DNA of 64,000 nucleotides from Pseudomonadota bacterium (lineage in GTDB: Bacteria; Pseudomonadota; Alphaproteobacteria; Caulobacterales; Caulobacteraceae). Below the pieces are notes generated by a model. The model searched no databases, was not told where the DNA came from, and saw only the letters and a list, made by a program, of their open reading frames with translations. The translations under genes and the position numbers were made by a program. Positions 30,398-40,782 of the stretch are shown here, one piece after another. Each line of letters opens with the position of its first letter. The first letter of the stretch is position 1. The DNA is taken from contig JAZKBZ010000021.1 in the NCBI GenBank assembly GCA_040388315.1, positions 1,960-65,959 on the forward strand. The letters are read 5' to 3'.

Positions 30398-30493
30398 GGG
30401 AAACCTCCCGGACTTAACCACAGCTTGGACCTCGCGGGCTCTTGTTCAAGGGGCTGACGCGGACGGCGGGCGCCGTTAACCTCCGCGCCGAGC

Positions 30494-33181
30494 ATGAACG
30501 CCCAGATCCCCCCCTCCGCGGACTCCGCCGGCGCCACCCCGGTGATGGCCCAGTACTTCGAGGCCAAGGCCCGCCAGCCCGACGCGCTGGTCTTCTTCCG
30601 CATGGGGGATTTCTACGAGCTGTTCTTCGAGGACGCCGAGAAGGCCGCCGCGGCCCTGGGCATCACGCTCACGGCCCGGGGAAACCACGGCGGCGCGCCG
30701 ATCCCCATGTGCGGGGTGCCGGTCCACGCCGCCGAGGCCTATCTGGCCAAGCTGATCCGGTCCGGATTCAAGGTCGCCGTCTGCGAGCAGATGGAGGACC
30801 CCGCCGAGGCCCGCAAGCGCGGGTCGAAGTCCATCGTCCGCCGCGATGTGGTCCGGGTGGTGACGCCGGGCACGCTGACCGAGGACGGCCTGCTGGATGC
30901 GCGCGGCGCCAACCGGCTGGCCGCCGTGGCGATCCGCGCCGGGGCCGCCGCCGTGGCCAGCGTCGAGCTGTCCACCGGCGAGGTGGAGTGCTGGGCCGTG
31001 GCCCGGGAGAACCTGGCCTCGGCGCTCGCCGCCCTCGGGCCCTCCGAGATCCTGGTCCCCGACCGGCTGTTTGCCGATGAAGGCATGAACACCGCCCTGC
31101 GCAGCGCCGGCGGGGTTATCCAGCCCATGCCCTCGGCGCTGGCCGAACCCGCCGCGTCGGAGGCCCGGCTGAAGCGGCTCTACGGCGTCGAGACCCTGGA
31201 CGGCTTCGGGACCCTGTCGGGGGCCGAGATCTCGGCGCTCGGCCTGATCGCCGCCCACCTGGAGACGACCCAGGCCGGCCGCCTGCCGGCCCTGACCGCC
31301 CCGCGCCGGGCCGGCGAGGCCGATGTGATGGCCATCGACCCGGCGACCCGGACCAGCCTGGAGATCGAGAAGAGCCTGTCGGGCTCCCGCGAGGGCTCCC
31401 TGCTGGGCGCCATCGACCGCACCATCACCGCTCCGGGCGCCCGGATGCTGGCCGCCCGCCTGGCGAGGCCCCTGCTGGACCCTGACGCCATCGAGGCGCG
31501 CCTCGACGCCGTCGGCTGGTTCGTCGAGCGCCGCCCCCTGCGCCAGAAGCTGCGGGAGGAGCTGAAGGGCCTCGGCGACATGGCGCGCGCCCTGTCGCGC
31601 CTGGCCCTGGGGCGCGGCGGCCCGCGCGACCTCGGCTGCCTGCGCGACGGCCTGGCCCGGGGCGAGGCCATCGTCGGCCTGTTTTCCGGCGCGCCGGCTC
31701 CCCTCGACCCGCCGCCCCCCGCCGAGGTGGAAAGCGCGCTCGCCGTGCTGCACGCCCACGACCATTTCGACCTGGGCGCCTTCCGCCAGATGCTGGAGGG
31801 CGGCCTGGGGACCGACCTCCCGGCCCAGGCCCGCGACGGCGGCTTCGTGGCCCCCGGGGTCCGCCCGGAGCTGGATCAGGCGCGGGCTTTGCGCGACGAC
31901 AGCCGCCGGGTGATCCTGCAACTGGAGGCCCAGCTCCAGGCCGACAGTGGCGTGGCCCTGAAGATCCGCCACAACGCCGTCCTGGGCTATTTCGTCGAGA
32001 CGACGGCCAAGGCCGCCGAGCCCCTGATGGCGCCGCCGCTCAACGCCACCTTCATCCACCGCCAGACCCTGGCCAACCAGGTGCGCTTCACCACCGTGGA
32101 GCTGGCCGAGCTGGACGCCAAGATCGCCCAGGCCGCCGAGCGGGCGCTCGCCATCGAGGTGGCCACCTTCGAGGCCTGGCGCGAGGCCGCGATCGGCGTG
32201 GCCGCCGCCATCCAGGCCGCCGCCGAGGGCGCCGCCCGCCTGGACGTGGCCGCAGGGTTGGCCGAATGGGCCGACGACGTGGGCGGGACGCGCCCGATCA
32301 TCGACCGCTCCACGGCCTTCGAGGCGGTCGCCGCCCGCCATCCGGTGGTGGAGGCCGCGGTCAAGCGGGCCGGGGAGCCCTTCACCCCCAACGACTGCCG
32401 CCTGGACGGCGCCGGGGTCGTGGGCCCGCGCCTGGCCATCGTCACCGGGCCGAACATGGCCGGCAAGTCCACCTTCCTGCGCCAGAACGCGCTCCTGGCC
32501 GTGCTCGCCCAGTCGGGCTGCTACGTGCCCGCCCAGAGCCTGCGGATCGGGGTGGTGGACCGCCTGTTCAGCCGGGTCGGCGCCGGCGACGACCTGGCCC
32601 GCGGCCGCTCGACCTTCATGGCCGAGATGGTGGAGACCGCCGCCATCCTCACCCAGGCCACCCCGCGCTCCCTGGTCATCCTCGACGAGATCGGCCGGGG
32701 CACGGCCACCTATGACGGCCTGGCCATCGCCTGGGCCTGCGCCGAGGCCCTGCACGAGACCAACCGCTGCCGGGGCCTGTTCGCCACCCACTATCACGAG
32801 CTGGCGGTGCTGGAGGGCCGGCTGGCCCACGTCGCCAACCTGTCGCTGAAGGCCAAGGAGTGGAACGGCGACCTGATCTTCCTGCACGAGGCCGGCCCCG
32901 GCCCCGCCGACCGCTCCTACGGCGTGCAGGTGGCCAAGCTGGCTGGCGTCCCCGCCCCGGTGGTGATCCGCGCCCGCGAGGTGCTGGAGCGCCTGGAGCG
33001 GGAGACCGGCGCCCCGGCCCATCTGGAGGACCTGCCCCTGTTCGCCGCCAGCGCCCCCGGGCTCGCCGAGCGCTCGGGGCCCAGCGCGGTGGATGCGGCC
33101 GTCGCCGAACTCGACCCCGACAGCATGAGCCCCCGTGAGGCCATGGCGGCCCTCTACCGGCTCAAGGGCCTCCTGACCTGA
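30494..33181 (+). CDS. mutS: DNA mismatch repair protein MutS
   Basis: FFRMGDFYELF, TGPNMAGKST, STFMAEM, DEIGRGT, ATHYHEL, SYGVQVAKLAG. Confidence 0.98.
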   Translation: MNAQIPPSADSAGATPVMAQYFEAKARQPDALVFFRMGDFYELFFEDAEKAAAALGITLTARGNHGGAPIPMCGVPVHAAEAYLAKLIRSGFKVAVCEQMEDPAEARKRGSKSIVRRDVVRVVTPGTLTEDGLLDARGANRLAAVAIRAGAAAVASVELSTGEVECWAVARENLASALAALGPSEILVPDRLFADEGMNTALRSAGGVIQPMPSALAEPAASEARLKRLYGVETLDGFGTLSGAEISALGLIAAHLETTQAGRLPALTAPRRAGEADVMAIDPATRTSLEIEKSLSGSREGSLLGAIDRTITAPGARMLAARLARPLLDPDAIEARLDAVGWFVERRPLRQKLREELKGLGDMARALSRLALGRGGPRDLGCLRDGLARGEAIVGLFSGAPAPLDPPPPAEVESALAVLHAHDHFDLGAFRQMLEGGLGTDLPAQARDGGFVAPGVRPELDQARALRDDSRRVILQLEAQLQADSGVALKIRHNAVLGYFVETTAKAAEPLMAPPLNATFIHRQTLANQVRFTTVELAELDAKIAQAAERALAIEVATFEAWREAAIGVAAAIQAAAEGAARLDVAAGLAEWADDVGGTRPIIDRSTAFEAVAARHPVVEAAVKRAGEPFTPNDCRLDGAGVVGPRLAIVTGPNMAGKSTFLRQNALLAVLAQSGCYVPAQSLRIGVVDRLFSRVGAGDDLARGRSTFMAEMVETAAILTQATPRSLVILDEIGRGTATYDGLAIAWACAEALHETNRCRGLFATHYHELAVLEGRLAHVANLSLKAKEWNGDLIFLHEAGPGPADRSYGVQVAKLAGVPAPVVIRAREVLERLERETGAPAHLEDLPLFAASAPGLAERSGPSAVDAAVAELDPDSMSPREAMAALYRLKGLLT

Positions 33182-33203
33182 CCTGCGGCGCCCTGCCGCA
33201 GGT
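33181..33203 (+). terminator. Hairpin after mutS (probable terminator)
   Basis: ACCTGCGGC-GCCCT-GCCGCAGGT; no clear U-tract. Confidence 0.5.
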
Positions 33204-33326
33204 GGAAATTGTGCGCCGCAAAATATTAAGCATCGCGCTGCACCATTTTTTAAGCGCCAGGGTACAAAAACACCTCCGACGAGCGCGGGCCTCCTCCCCA
33301 TTTTCCGCGCCGCAGGAGATTAGAAC

Positions 33327-33566
33327 ATGATCCGCATCGCCGTTATCGCCGCCGCCGCCGCCCTCCTCGCCTCCTCGGCCAGCGCCACCGAAGTCCGCGT
33401 CTCCCTGACCGGCAAGTCCGCCGACCAGATCAACGCCGACATCGCCGATGCGGCCCGCACCGTCTGCCTGAAGGACACCGCGGGCGACACCATGATCCTC
33501 GGCGCCTACAGCCGCTGCGTCCGCGACACCCTGAAGGTGACCCGCGAGAAGCTCGCCGCGCTCTAA
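33327..33566 (+). CDS. UrcA-like small secreted protein
   Basis: GGAG SD, signal peptide (ASA|T), AARTVC...YSRCV Cys pair. Confidence 0.65.
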   Translation: MIRIAVIAAAAALLASSASATEVRVSLTGKSADQINADIADAARTVCLKDTAGDTMILGAYSRCVRDTLKVTREKLAAL

Positions 33567-33593
33567 GCCGCGCAAGCTCCATCCGATTGCAGG

Positions 33594-33628
33594 AAGGCCG
33601 GCGCTCACGGGCGCCGGCCTTTTTCTTT
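33594..33628 (+). terminator. Rho-independent terminator
   Basis: AAGGCCGGCGC-TCACGG-GCGCCGGCCTT followed by TTTCTTT. Confidence 0.88.
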
Positions 33629-33706
33629 GACCGCGGCTCCGTGCGGGGTTCGCCCGGGGGGCGGCGCGGCCCTATATGTCGGGGATCGTCTCCCCAAGGG
33701 CCCCCC

Positions 33707-36535
33707 ATGCCGCCACGCCTGCGTCCCACGCGCCTGGAATATGTCGTCGACGGAATCCGGCTGCGCGCCCAGCTCTCCGCCGCGGCCCTGGACGCCGCCG
33801 GCGACGAGGCCGAGCAGCGGCGGCGCGCCCTGGACATCCTCAAGCAGGCCCTGTTCCGCGGCCGGATGATCGCCAAGGAGCGGCTGGAGAACGGCGCCGG
33901 CGGCATCGAGACCGCCCGCCTGCTCTCCGGCGTCACCGACGAGGTGGTCACCGCCCTCTACGACTTCACCACCGTCCACGTCTTCCGGGCCCGCAATCCC
34001 ACCGAGGGCGAGCGCCTGGCCCTGATGGCGGTCGGCGGCTACGGGCGCGGCACGCTCGCGCCCTTCTCCGACCTCGATCTGCTGTTCCTGCGTCCCTACA
34101 AGCAGACGGCCCACGCCGAGAGCGTCATCGAATACATGCTCTACGCCCTCTGGGACCTGGGCTTTAAGGTCGGCCACGCCTCGCGCACGGTCGAGGAGTG
34201 CATCCGGCTCTCCAAGGAAGACTTCACCATCCGCACCTCCATCCTGGAGGCCCGACGCCTGACCGGCGACGAGAAGCTGGCCGAGGAGCTGACCCGCCGC
34301 TTCGCCGCCGAGGTGGTGAAGGGCACCGGCGCCCAGTTCGTCGCCGCCAAGCTCAAGGAGCGCGACGAGCGCCACGACCGGGCCGGCGCCACCCGCTACC
34401 TGGTGGAGCCCAACGTCAAGGAGGGCAAGGGCGCCCTGCGCGACCTCAACACCCTGTTCTGGATCGCCCAGTACCTGAACCCCTCGGCCCAGGCCCGCAT
34501 GGACGGCATCGTCCACCTGGAGATGTTCGAGCGCCGCGAGGTGGCCGCCTTCCTGCGCGCCTTCGACTTCCTCTGGGCGGTGCGCTGCCACCTGCACTTC
34601 GCCACCGGCCGCCCGGAGGAGCGCCTGACCTTCGACCTGCAGCCGGAGATCGCCCGGCGCATGGGCTATGGCGACCGCGGCGACGCGCCGGCCGTCGAGC
34701 GCTTCATGCGGCGCTATTTCCTGATCGCCAAGGAGGTGGGCGCGCTCACCCGGGTCTTCGCCGCCAAGCTGGAGTCCGAGCGGGTCAAGCAACAGCCCAG
34801 GGGCATCTCCCGCCTGCTGCCGGGCCGGGGCCAGTCGCGCAAGAAGGTGCTGGACCCCGGCTTCCACGAGGAGGGTGGCCGTCTCAACATCGACGGGCCC
34901 GAGATTTTCGAGGCCGACCCCATCAACCTGCTGCGCCTGTTCCGCCTGGCCGATCAGCGGAACCTGGACCTGCATCCCGACGCCTTCACCGCCGCCACCC
35001 GCTCCCTGCCGCTGATCACGTCGAAGACCCGGCGCGATCCCGCCGCGGCCAAGGTGTTCCTGGACATCCTGGCCCGGGGCCGCGACCCGCAGCGGACGCT
35101 GACCCTGATGAACGAGGCGGGCGTCCTGGGCCGCTTCCTCCCGGAATTCGGCCGCATCGTCGCCCAGATGCAGTTCAACATGTACCACTCCTACACGGTG
35201 GACGAGCACACCCTGCGGGCCGTCGGCGTGATCGCCCAGATCAAGGCCGGGCGCTTCGCCGAGGACCATCCGCTGTCGACGGCCATCATGCCGCTGATCG
35301 ACGACCCCGAGGCCCTGTTCCTGGCCATGCTGCTGCACGACACCGGCAAGGGCGGGGCCGGCGGCCAGGAGAAGGCCGGGGCCCGGGCCGCGCGCCAGGC
35401 CTGCGAACGCCTGGGTCAGGACCGCAAGCGCATCGAGCTGGTGGCCTGGCTGGTGGAGCATCACCTGGTGATGAGCGACTACGCCCAGAAGCGCGACGTC
35501 TCCGACCCGCGCACGGTGGTGGACTTCGCCCGCATCGTGGAGACCCCCGAGCGCCTGCGCCTGCTGCTGGTGCTCACCGTGGCCGACATTCGCGCCGTGG
35601 GGCCTGGCGTCTGGAACGGCTGGAAGGGCCAGCTGCTGCGCGAGCTCTACGCCGCCACCGAGGCCGTGTTCCGTGGCGGCCGGGGCTCGGACGCGGCGGC
35701 CGCCGTGCGCCGCTATCACGAGAACGCCGCCTATGACGCCCGCATGCGGCTGGTGGCGGTCGATCCCGCCGCCACCGCCTGGGCCCAGGCCATGGAGGAC
35801 GCCTATTTCACCTCCTTCGCCGAGGCCGAGGTGCAGCGCCACGCGATCCTGGCCCGCCGCGCCGAGACCTCCGGCGCCGCCGCCGAGGGCCATATCCGGC
35901 CGGGCCTCAACGCGTCTGAAGTGGTGGTGGCCGCCCCCGACCGGCCCCGTCTGTTCGTCGACCTCGCCCACGCGGTGACGGCGCTCGGCGCCAATGTGGT
36001 GGGCGCCAGGGTCTTCACCTCGCGCTCGGGCCAGGCCCTGGACGTCTTCTATGTGCAGGACGTCACCGGGGCGGCCTATGGCAGCGACAACGCCAAGGCG
36101 CTGGCCCGCCTGGCCGAGGCCCTGGAGGCCGCGGCCCGCGGCGAGCCGGTGAAGACCGAGACCAAGCGCACCTCCGACTTCAGCCGCGCCGCGGCCTTCT
36201 CCATCACCCCCACCGTCATGCTCGACAACGACGCCTCGGAGGTCTCGACGGTGGTGGAGGCCTCGGGCCGCGACCGCCCAGGCTTGCTGGCGGCCCTGGC
36301 CCAGCCGATCTCCGAGGCGGGCCTCTCCATCCTCTCGGCCCATATCGACGGCTATGGGGAGCGGGCGGTGGACGCCTTCTACGTGGTGGACGCGGCGGGC
36401 AAGAAGCTCACCGATCCCAAGGCCATGACCAGCCTGAAGGCCGACCTGATGGCGGCCCTCGACGAAGGCGAGGCCGCCGCCGCGCCGAAGAGCCGCGCCA
36501 ACCTGCAACGGGCGCGGGCCAGCGTCGCGCGCTGA
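33707..36535 (+). CDS. glnD: [Protein-PII] uridylyltransferase GlnD
   Basis: AVGGYGRGTLAPFSDLDLL NTase, EPNVKEGKGALRD, YHSYTVDEH, LLHDTGKG HD domain, two ACT domains (DRPGLL). Confidence 0.97.
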   Translation: MPPRLRPTRLEYVVDGIRLRAQLSAAALDAAGDEAEQRRRALDILKQALFRGRMIAKERLENGAGGIETARLLSGVTDEVVTALYDFTTVHVFRARNPTEGERLALMAVGGYGRGTLAPFSDLDLLFLRPYKQTAHAESVIEYMLYALWDLGFKVGHASRTVEECIRLSKEDFTIRTSILEARRLTGDEKLAEELTRRFAAEVVKGTGAQFVAAKLKERDERHDRAGATRYLVEPNVKEGKGALRDLNTLFWIAQYLNPSAQARMDGIVHLEMFERREVAAFLRAFDFLWAVRCHLHFATGRPEERLTFDLQPEIARRMGYGDRGDAPAVERFMRRYFLIAKEVGALTRVFAAKLESERVKQQPRGISRLLPGRGQSRKKVLDPGFHEEGGRLNIDGPEIFEADPINLLRLFRLADQRNLDLHPDAFTAATRSLPLITSKTRRDPAAAKVFLDILARGRDPQRTLTLMNEAGVLGRFLPEFGRIVAQMQFNMYHSYTVDEHTLRAVGVIAQIKAGRFAEDHPLSTAIMPLIDDPEALFLAMLLHDTGKGGAGGQEKAGARAARQACERLGQDRKRIELVAWLVEHHLVMSDYAQKRDVSDPRTVVDFARIVETPERLRLLLVLTVADIRAVGPGVWNGWKGQLLRELYAATEAVFRGGRGSDAAAAVRRYHENAAYDARMRLVAVDPAATAWAQAMEDAYFTSFAEAEVQRHAILARRAETSGAAAEGHIRPGLNASEVVVAAPDRPRLFVDLAHAVTALGANVVGARVFTSRSGQALDVFYVQDVTGAAYGSDNAKALARLAEALEAAARGEPVKTETKRTSDFSRAAAFSITPTVMLDNDASEVSTVVEASGRDRPGLLAALAQPISEAGLSILSAHIDGYGERAVDAFYVVDAAGKKLTDPKAMTSLKADLMAALDEGEAAAAPKSRANLQRARASVAR

Positions 36536-36574
36536 TCCCTTGACGGCGCGCGCGGCCCTGCGCACAGAGCCAAG

Positions 36575-38206
36575 GTGAGCGATCCAACCCCGACTCCGAC
36601 GTCCGCCCCCGCCAAGCCCGGCGGGATGATCCGCTCGTCGATGATCTATTCGGCGCTCACCCTGGTCAGCCGGTTCATGGGCCTGGCCCGGGACCTGGTG
36701 ATCACCGCCCGCCTGGGGGGCAGCTCCAATATCGCCGCCGACGCCTATTTCACGGCCCTGACCTTCCCTAACCTGTTCCGCCGGATCTTCGCCGAGGGCG
36801 CCTTCGCCGCGGCCTTCGTGCCCGACTATTCGCGCCGGCTGGCCAGCGACGGCCGCGAGGCCGCCGACGCCTTCGCCGCCGACTCCCTGGCGACGCTCGC
36901 GGCCGCCACCGTGGCGGTGACCATCGCCTGCCAGCTGGCCATGCCCTGGCTGATGATGGCCTACAGCCCCGGCTATATGAGCGACCCGGCCAAGTTCAAG
37001 CTGGCGGTGCTGCTCACCCAGATCACCATGCCCTACCTGCCCTGCATCTCGATCGCCTCGCTGTTCGCGGGCATCCTGACGGCGCGGGGCCGGTTCGTGA
37101 TCTACGGCCTCTATCCCACCATCCTCAACGTGGTGATGCTGATCGCGGTCCTGCCGCAGAAGGATCCCACCCAGGCGGCCTTCGCGGCCTCGGTGGGGGT
37201 GGTGATCGCCGGCGTCGGCCAGGCCGCCATCTGCTGGTGGGGCGCCCATCGCACCGGCGCCCGGGTCCACCTGAAGGCCCTGAAGTTCACCCCGGAGATC
37301 AAGGCCCTGGCCCGACGCGCGGTGCCCGGCGTGATCGCCTCCAGCGCCGTGCAGATCAACCTGTTCATCTCCGCCATCCTGGCCTCCCAGGTGGCCGGCA
37401 TGCGGGTCTGGCTGAACGTCGCCGAGCGCTTCTACCAGCTGCCGCTGAGCCTGGTGGGGGTGGCCATCGGGGTGGCCCTGCTGCCGCGGCTCTCCACCGC
37501 CTTCCAGCTGGAGGACCACGAGGACACCCAAGGCGCCATGGACCAGGCCATCGTCTTCGCCCTGGCGCTAAGCCTGCCCGCCGCCGCGGCCCTGATGGCC
37601 ATGCCGGTCTATCTGGCCGACGGCCTCTTCGCCCGCGGCGAGTTCACCCACGCCGACGCGGCCTCCTCCGGCGCCCTGATCTTCCACTATGGCTGGGGGC
37701 TGCCGGCCTTCATCCTGATCAAGATCCTGCAGCCGGCCTTCTTCGCCCGCGGCGACACCAAGACCCCGATGCGGTTCTCGTTGATCTCGGTGGGGGTCAA
37801 CATCGTGCTCGGGGTGGCGCTGTTCTACACCCTCGGCTTCCCCGGCATCGCTATCTCCACCGCCATCGCGTCCTGGGGCACCGTGGCTCAGATGGCGCTC
37901 CTGCTCTGGCGCCAGAAGGTCTATCGCCCCTCGGCCAAGGCCACCGGCAAGATCATCCGCGTGATCGCCGCCAGCACCGTGCTGGGCGTTCTGCTGGCGC
38001 TGGCCACCCACTTCCGGAGTGTCATCGAAGCGCCGTTGGCGGGCATCGGCGGCGCCAAGGAGATCACCGTCCTGGCGGTCTCCCTGGTGGGCGGCCTGCT
38101 CTATCCGGTCCTGCTGTTCGCCTTCGGCGGGGTCACCCCGGCGGAGGTGCGCGGGGCGCTGCGGCGGCGCAAGGGCGACGTGGCCGTGGCCGTCCCCGAC
38201 CTCTGA
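36575..38206 (+). CDS. murJ: Lipid II flippase MurJ/MviN
   Basis: SRFMGLARD, FPNLFRRIFAEGAFAAAF, ERFYQLP, FFARGDTKTP; many TM helices. Confidence 0.95.
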   Translation: MSDPTPTPTSAPAKPGGMIRSSMIYSALTLVSRFMGLARDLVITARLGGSSNIAADAYFTALTFPNLFRRIFAEGAFAAAFVPDYSRRLASDGREAADAFAADSLATLAAATVAVTIACQLAMPWLMMAYSPGYMSDPAKFKLAVLLTQITMPYLPCISIASLFAGILTARGRFVIYGLYPTILNVVMLIAVLPQKDPTQAAFAASVGVVIAGVGQAAICWWGAHRTGARVHLKALKFTPEIKALARRAVPGVIASSAVQINLFISAILASQVAGMRVWLNVAERFYQLPLSLVGVAIGVALLPRLSTAFQLEDHEDTQGAMDQAIVFALALSLPAAAALMAMPVYLADGLFARGEFTHADAASSGALIFHYGWGLPAFILIKILQPAFFARGDTKTPMRFSLISVGVNIVLGVALFYTLGFPGIAISTAIASWGTVAQMALLLWRQKVYRPSAKATGKIIRVIAASTVLGVLLALATHFRSVIEAPLAGIGGAKEITVLAVSLVGGLLYPVLLFAFGGVTPAEVRGALRRRKGDVAVAVPDL

Positions 38207-38247
38207 CGGACTTGCCCAAAGCGTCCGCGCGGACTATTCGCATCGCC

Positions 38248-38292
38248 ATGGCTTATCCGGACGCATTCTCCTGGCGATGGCGCAGCGCCTGA
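38248..38292 (+). CDS. Candidate Trp-containing leader peptide MAYPDAFSWRWRSA upstream of trpS
   Basis: ATG GCT TAT CCG GAC GCA TTC TCC TGG CGA TGG CGC AGC GCC TGA, ending 60 nt before trpS. Confidence 0.55.
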   Translation: MAYPDAFSWRWRSA

Positions 38293-38352
38293 TCCCGCTT
38301 CCGCGGCGCGCGACCGCGCGCCCCCACGTCCTCCGTTTCAAAGCCTGATCCC

Positions 38353-39387
38353 ATGACCGAACAAGCTCCCGCCGCCTATGCCGGCAAACGACGCGTGCTC
38401 TCCGGCGTTAAACCCACCGGCGATCTGCACCTGGGCAACTATCTCGGCGCCCTGGTGAAGTTCACCCGCATGCAGCACGAGGCCGAGACCTTCATCTTCG
38501 TGGCTGACCTGCACGCCATCACCGAGTGGCAGGACCCCGCCAAGCTGACCGCCCAGACCCGCGAGATCGCCGCGGCCTATCTGGCGGCCGGTCTGGATCC
38601 GAAGATCGCCACCATCTTCCCGCAGTCGGCGGTGACCGAGCATGCTGAACTGGCCTGGATCTTCAACTGCGTCGCCCGGGTCGGCTGGCTCGATCGGATG
38701 ACCCAGTTCAAGGACAAGTCGGGGAAGAACAAGGAGAAGGCCAGCGTCGGCCTCTACACCTACCCGGTGCTCCAGGCCGCCGACATCCTGCTCTACAAGG
38801 CCACCCACGTGCCGGTGGGGGACGACCAGAAGCAGCACGTCGAGCTGACCCGCGACATCGCGGCCAAGTTCAACCACGACTTCGACGCCCCCGGCTACTT
38901 CCCCCTGCCCGAGCCCATCCACCAGGGCGCCGGGGCGCGGATCATGTCCCTGCGTGACGCCAGCGAGAAGATGAGCAAGTCCAACCCCTCGGACGCCGCG
39001 CGCATCAATCTCACCGACGACGCCGACGCGGTGGCCCAGAAGATCCGCAAGGCCAAGACCGATCCCCTGCCCCTGCCGGAGACGGTCGATGAGCTGAAGG
39101 ATCGGCCCGAGGCCCAGAACCTGGTGGGCATCTACGCCGCCCTGGACGGCCGCACCTCCGCCGAGGTGCTGACCGAGTTCGCCGGCGAGGGCTTCGGCGC
39201 CTTCAAGCCCCGCCTCGCCGACCTGGCCGTCGCCAAGCTGGGGCCGGTGGGGACCGAGATGCGCCGGCTGATGGCCGACCCTGCCGAGATCGACAAGGTG
39301 CTGGCCGCCGGCGCCGAACGGGCCCGGGCCGCCGCCGCCCCGACGCTCGCCGAGGTGAAGAAGCTCGTCGGCTTCTGGGGCGCCTAA
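38353..39387 (+). CDS. trpS: Tryptophan--tRNA ligase
   Basis: [14 protein letters not shown] (HIGH), [24 protein letters not shown]. Confidence 0.98.
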   Translation: MTEQAPAAYAGKRRVLSGVKPTGDLHLGNYLGALVKFTRMQHEAETFIFVADLHAITEWQDPAKLTAQTREIAAAYLAAGLDPKIATIFPQSAVTEHAELAWIFNCVARVGWLDRMTQFKDKSGKNKEKASVGLYTYPVLQAADILLYKATHVPVGDDQKQHVELTRDIAAKFNHDFDAPGYFPLPEPIHQGAGARIMSLRDASEKMSKSNPSDAARINLTDDADAVAQKIRKAKTDPLPLPETVDELKDRPEAQNLVGIYAALDGRTSAEVLTEFAGEGFGAFKPRLADLAVAKLGPVGTEMRRLMADPAEIDKVLAAGAERARAAAAPTLAEVKKLVGFWGA

Positions 39388-39442
39388 ACCCTAGCTGCGG
39401 AGGTGGCTTGCATCCGGACCGGGAGCAAGCCACCGTCGCTCC

Positions 39443-39916
39443 ATGAGCCAACGCAAGTTCCTGGTCATCGCCGACGACAGTCCGGAGTTCCTGGCCGCGC
39501 TGAAGTTCGCCTGCCGCCGCGCCCGCTCCACCGGCGGCCACGTGGCCCTGCTGCGGGTGATCGAGCCGGCCGTCTTCGAGCACTGGTCGGGCGTGCGGGA
39601 GGAGATCGAGCGCCAGGCTCGCGAGGAGGCCGAGGCCGCCCTGCAGAAGATGGCTCAGTTCGTGGTCACCGAGACCGGGGTCGCCCCCGAGTTCATCATC
39701 GAGCACGCCGACAACACCCGCGCGGCCCTGCGCAAGGTGGTCTCCGAGGACCCGGACATCAAGATCCTGGTCCTGGCGGCCGCCGTGGAGGGCCGCGGTC
39801 CCGGCCCCCTGGTGGCCTCCATCGCCAAGGAGGGGGTCAAGTGGGGCGCCCGCAAGCTGCCGGTCACCATCGTCCCGGGCGATCTGACCGACGACGAGAT
39901 CGCCGATCTGGCGTAA
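39443..39916 (+). CDS. Universal stress protein (Usp)
   Basis: KFLVIADDSPE, ILVLAA, PVTIVPG alphaproteobacterial Usp pattern. Confidence 0.88.
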   Translation: MSQRKFLVIADDSPEFLAALKFACRRARSTGGHVALLRVIEPAVFEHWSGVREEIERQAREEAEAALQKMAQFVVTETGVAPEFIIEHADNTRAALRKVVSEDPDIKILVLAAAVEGRGPGPLVASIAKEGVKWGARKLPVTIVPGDLTDDEIADLA

Positions 39917-39947
39917 CTAGACCGTATCGATACGGGCGAGGCGTTTC

Positions 39948-40748
39948 ATGGACCGCAAGTTGGCGCTGATCACGGGGGCTTCGGCCGGGATCGGGGCGGC
40001 CTTCGCCAGGATCTACGCCAGCCACGGCTATGACGTGGCGCTCACCGCCCGCCGCGCCGACCGGCTCGACCGCCTGGCCGAGGACATCCGCCTGCGCCAC
40101 GGCGTGGAGACCCTCACCGTCGCCGCCGACCTGGCCGATCCGGCCGCCCCCGGCGCCATCCTCGACCATCTCACCGCCCACGGCCGGCGGGTGGACGCCC
40201 TGATCAACAACGCCGGCTTCGGTCAGCCCGGAACCTATGCCGACACCACCTGGGAGCAGCAGCAGGCGGTGATCCAGGTGATGCTGACCGCCCCCAGCGA
40301 GCTGGCCCACCGGGTGCTGCCGGGCATGGTGGACCGCCGGTTCGGCCGCATCGTCAATGTGTCCTCACTCGCGGGCCTGATCCCCGGCTCGGCCGGCCAT
40401 ACCCTCTACGGCGCCACCAAGAGCTACCTGGTGAAGTTCTCCCAGAGCCTGCACCTGGAGAACCTGGCCACCGGGGTCCATGTCAGCGCGCTCTGCCCCG
40501 GCTTCACCTATTCGGAATTCCACGACGCCAACGGGACCCGGGAGCGGATCAGCGCCTCGACGCCCACCTGGCTGTGGCTGGGCGCCGACGAGGTGGCCGC
40601 CGCCGGCTACGAGGCCGTGGAGGCCAACCGCGCCGTCGCCGTCCCCGGCGCCCCCAACAAGGCCATCGCCGGCTTGGCCAGGCTCATCCCCGACGACTGG
40701 GCCTTGGCCCTGATGGCCTGGCAGGGACCACGCTTCCGGAAGGTGTGA
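39948..40748 (+). CDS. SDR family NAD(P)-dependent oxidoreductase
   Basis: TGASAGIG, NNAG, NVSS, YGATK (YxxxK), CPG. Confidence 0.93.
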   Translation: MDRKLALITGASAGIGAAFARIYASHGYDVALTARRADRLDRLAEDIRLRHGVETLTVAADLADPAAPGAILDHLTAHGRRVDALINNAGFGQPGTYADTTWEQQQAVIQVMLTAPSELAHRVLPGMVDRRFGRIVNVSSLAGLIPGSAGHTLYGATKSYLVKFSQSLHLENLATGVHVSALCPGFTYSEFHDANGTRERISASTPTWLWLGADEVAAAGYEAVEANRAVAVPGAPNKAIAGLARLIPDDWALALMAWQGPRFRKV

Positions 40749-40782
40749 CGCCCTCCCTCCCTTTTATGGAGGAAGACTTCGC

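Noticed and set aside
33210-33260. Possible NtrC site or sigma54 promoter near glnD (TGCACCATTTT)
   Set aside because: Only a half-site, no GG-N10-GC element, and a terminator separates it from glnD.
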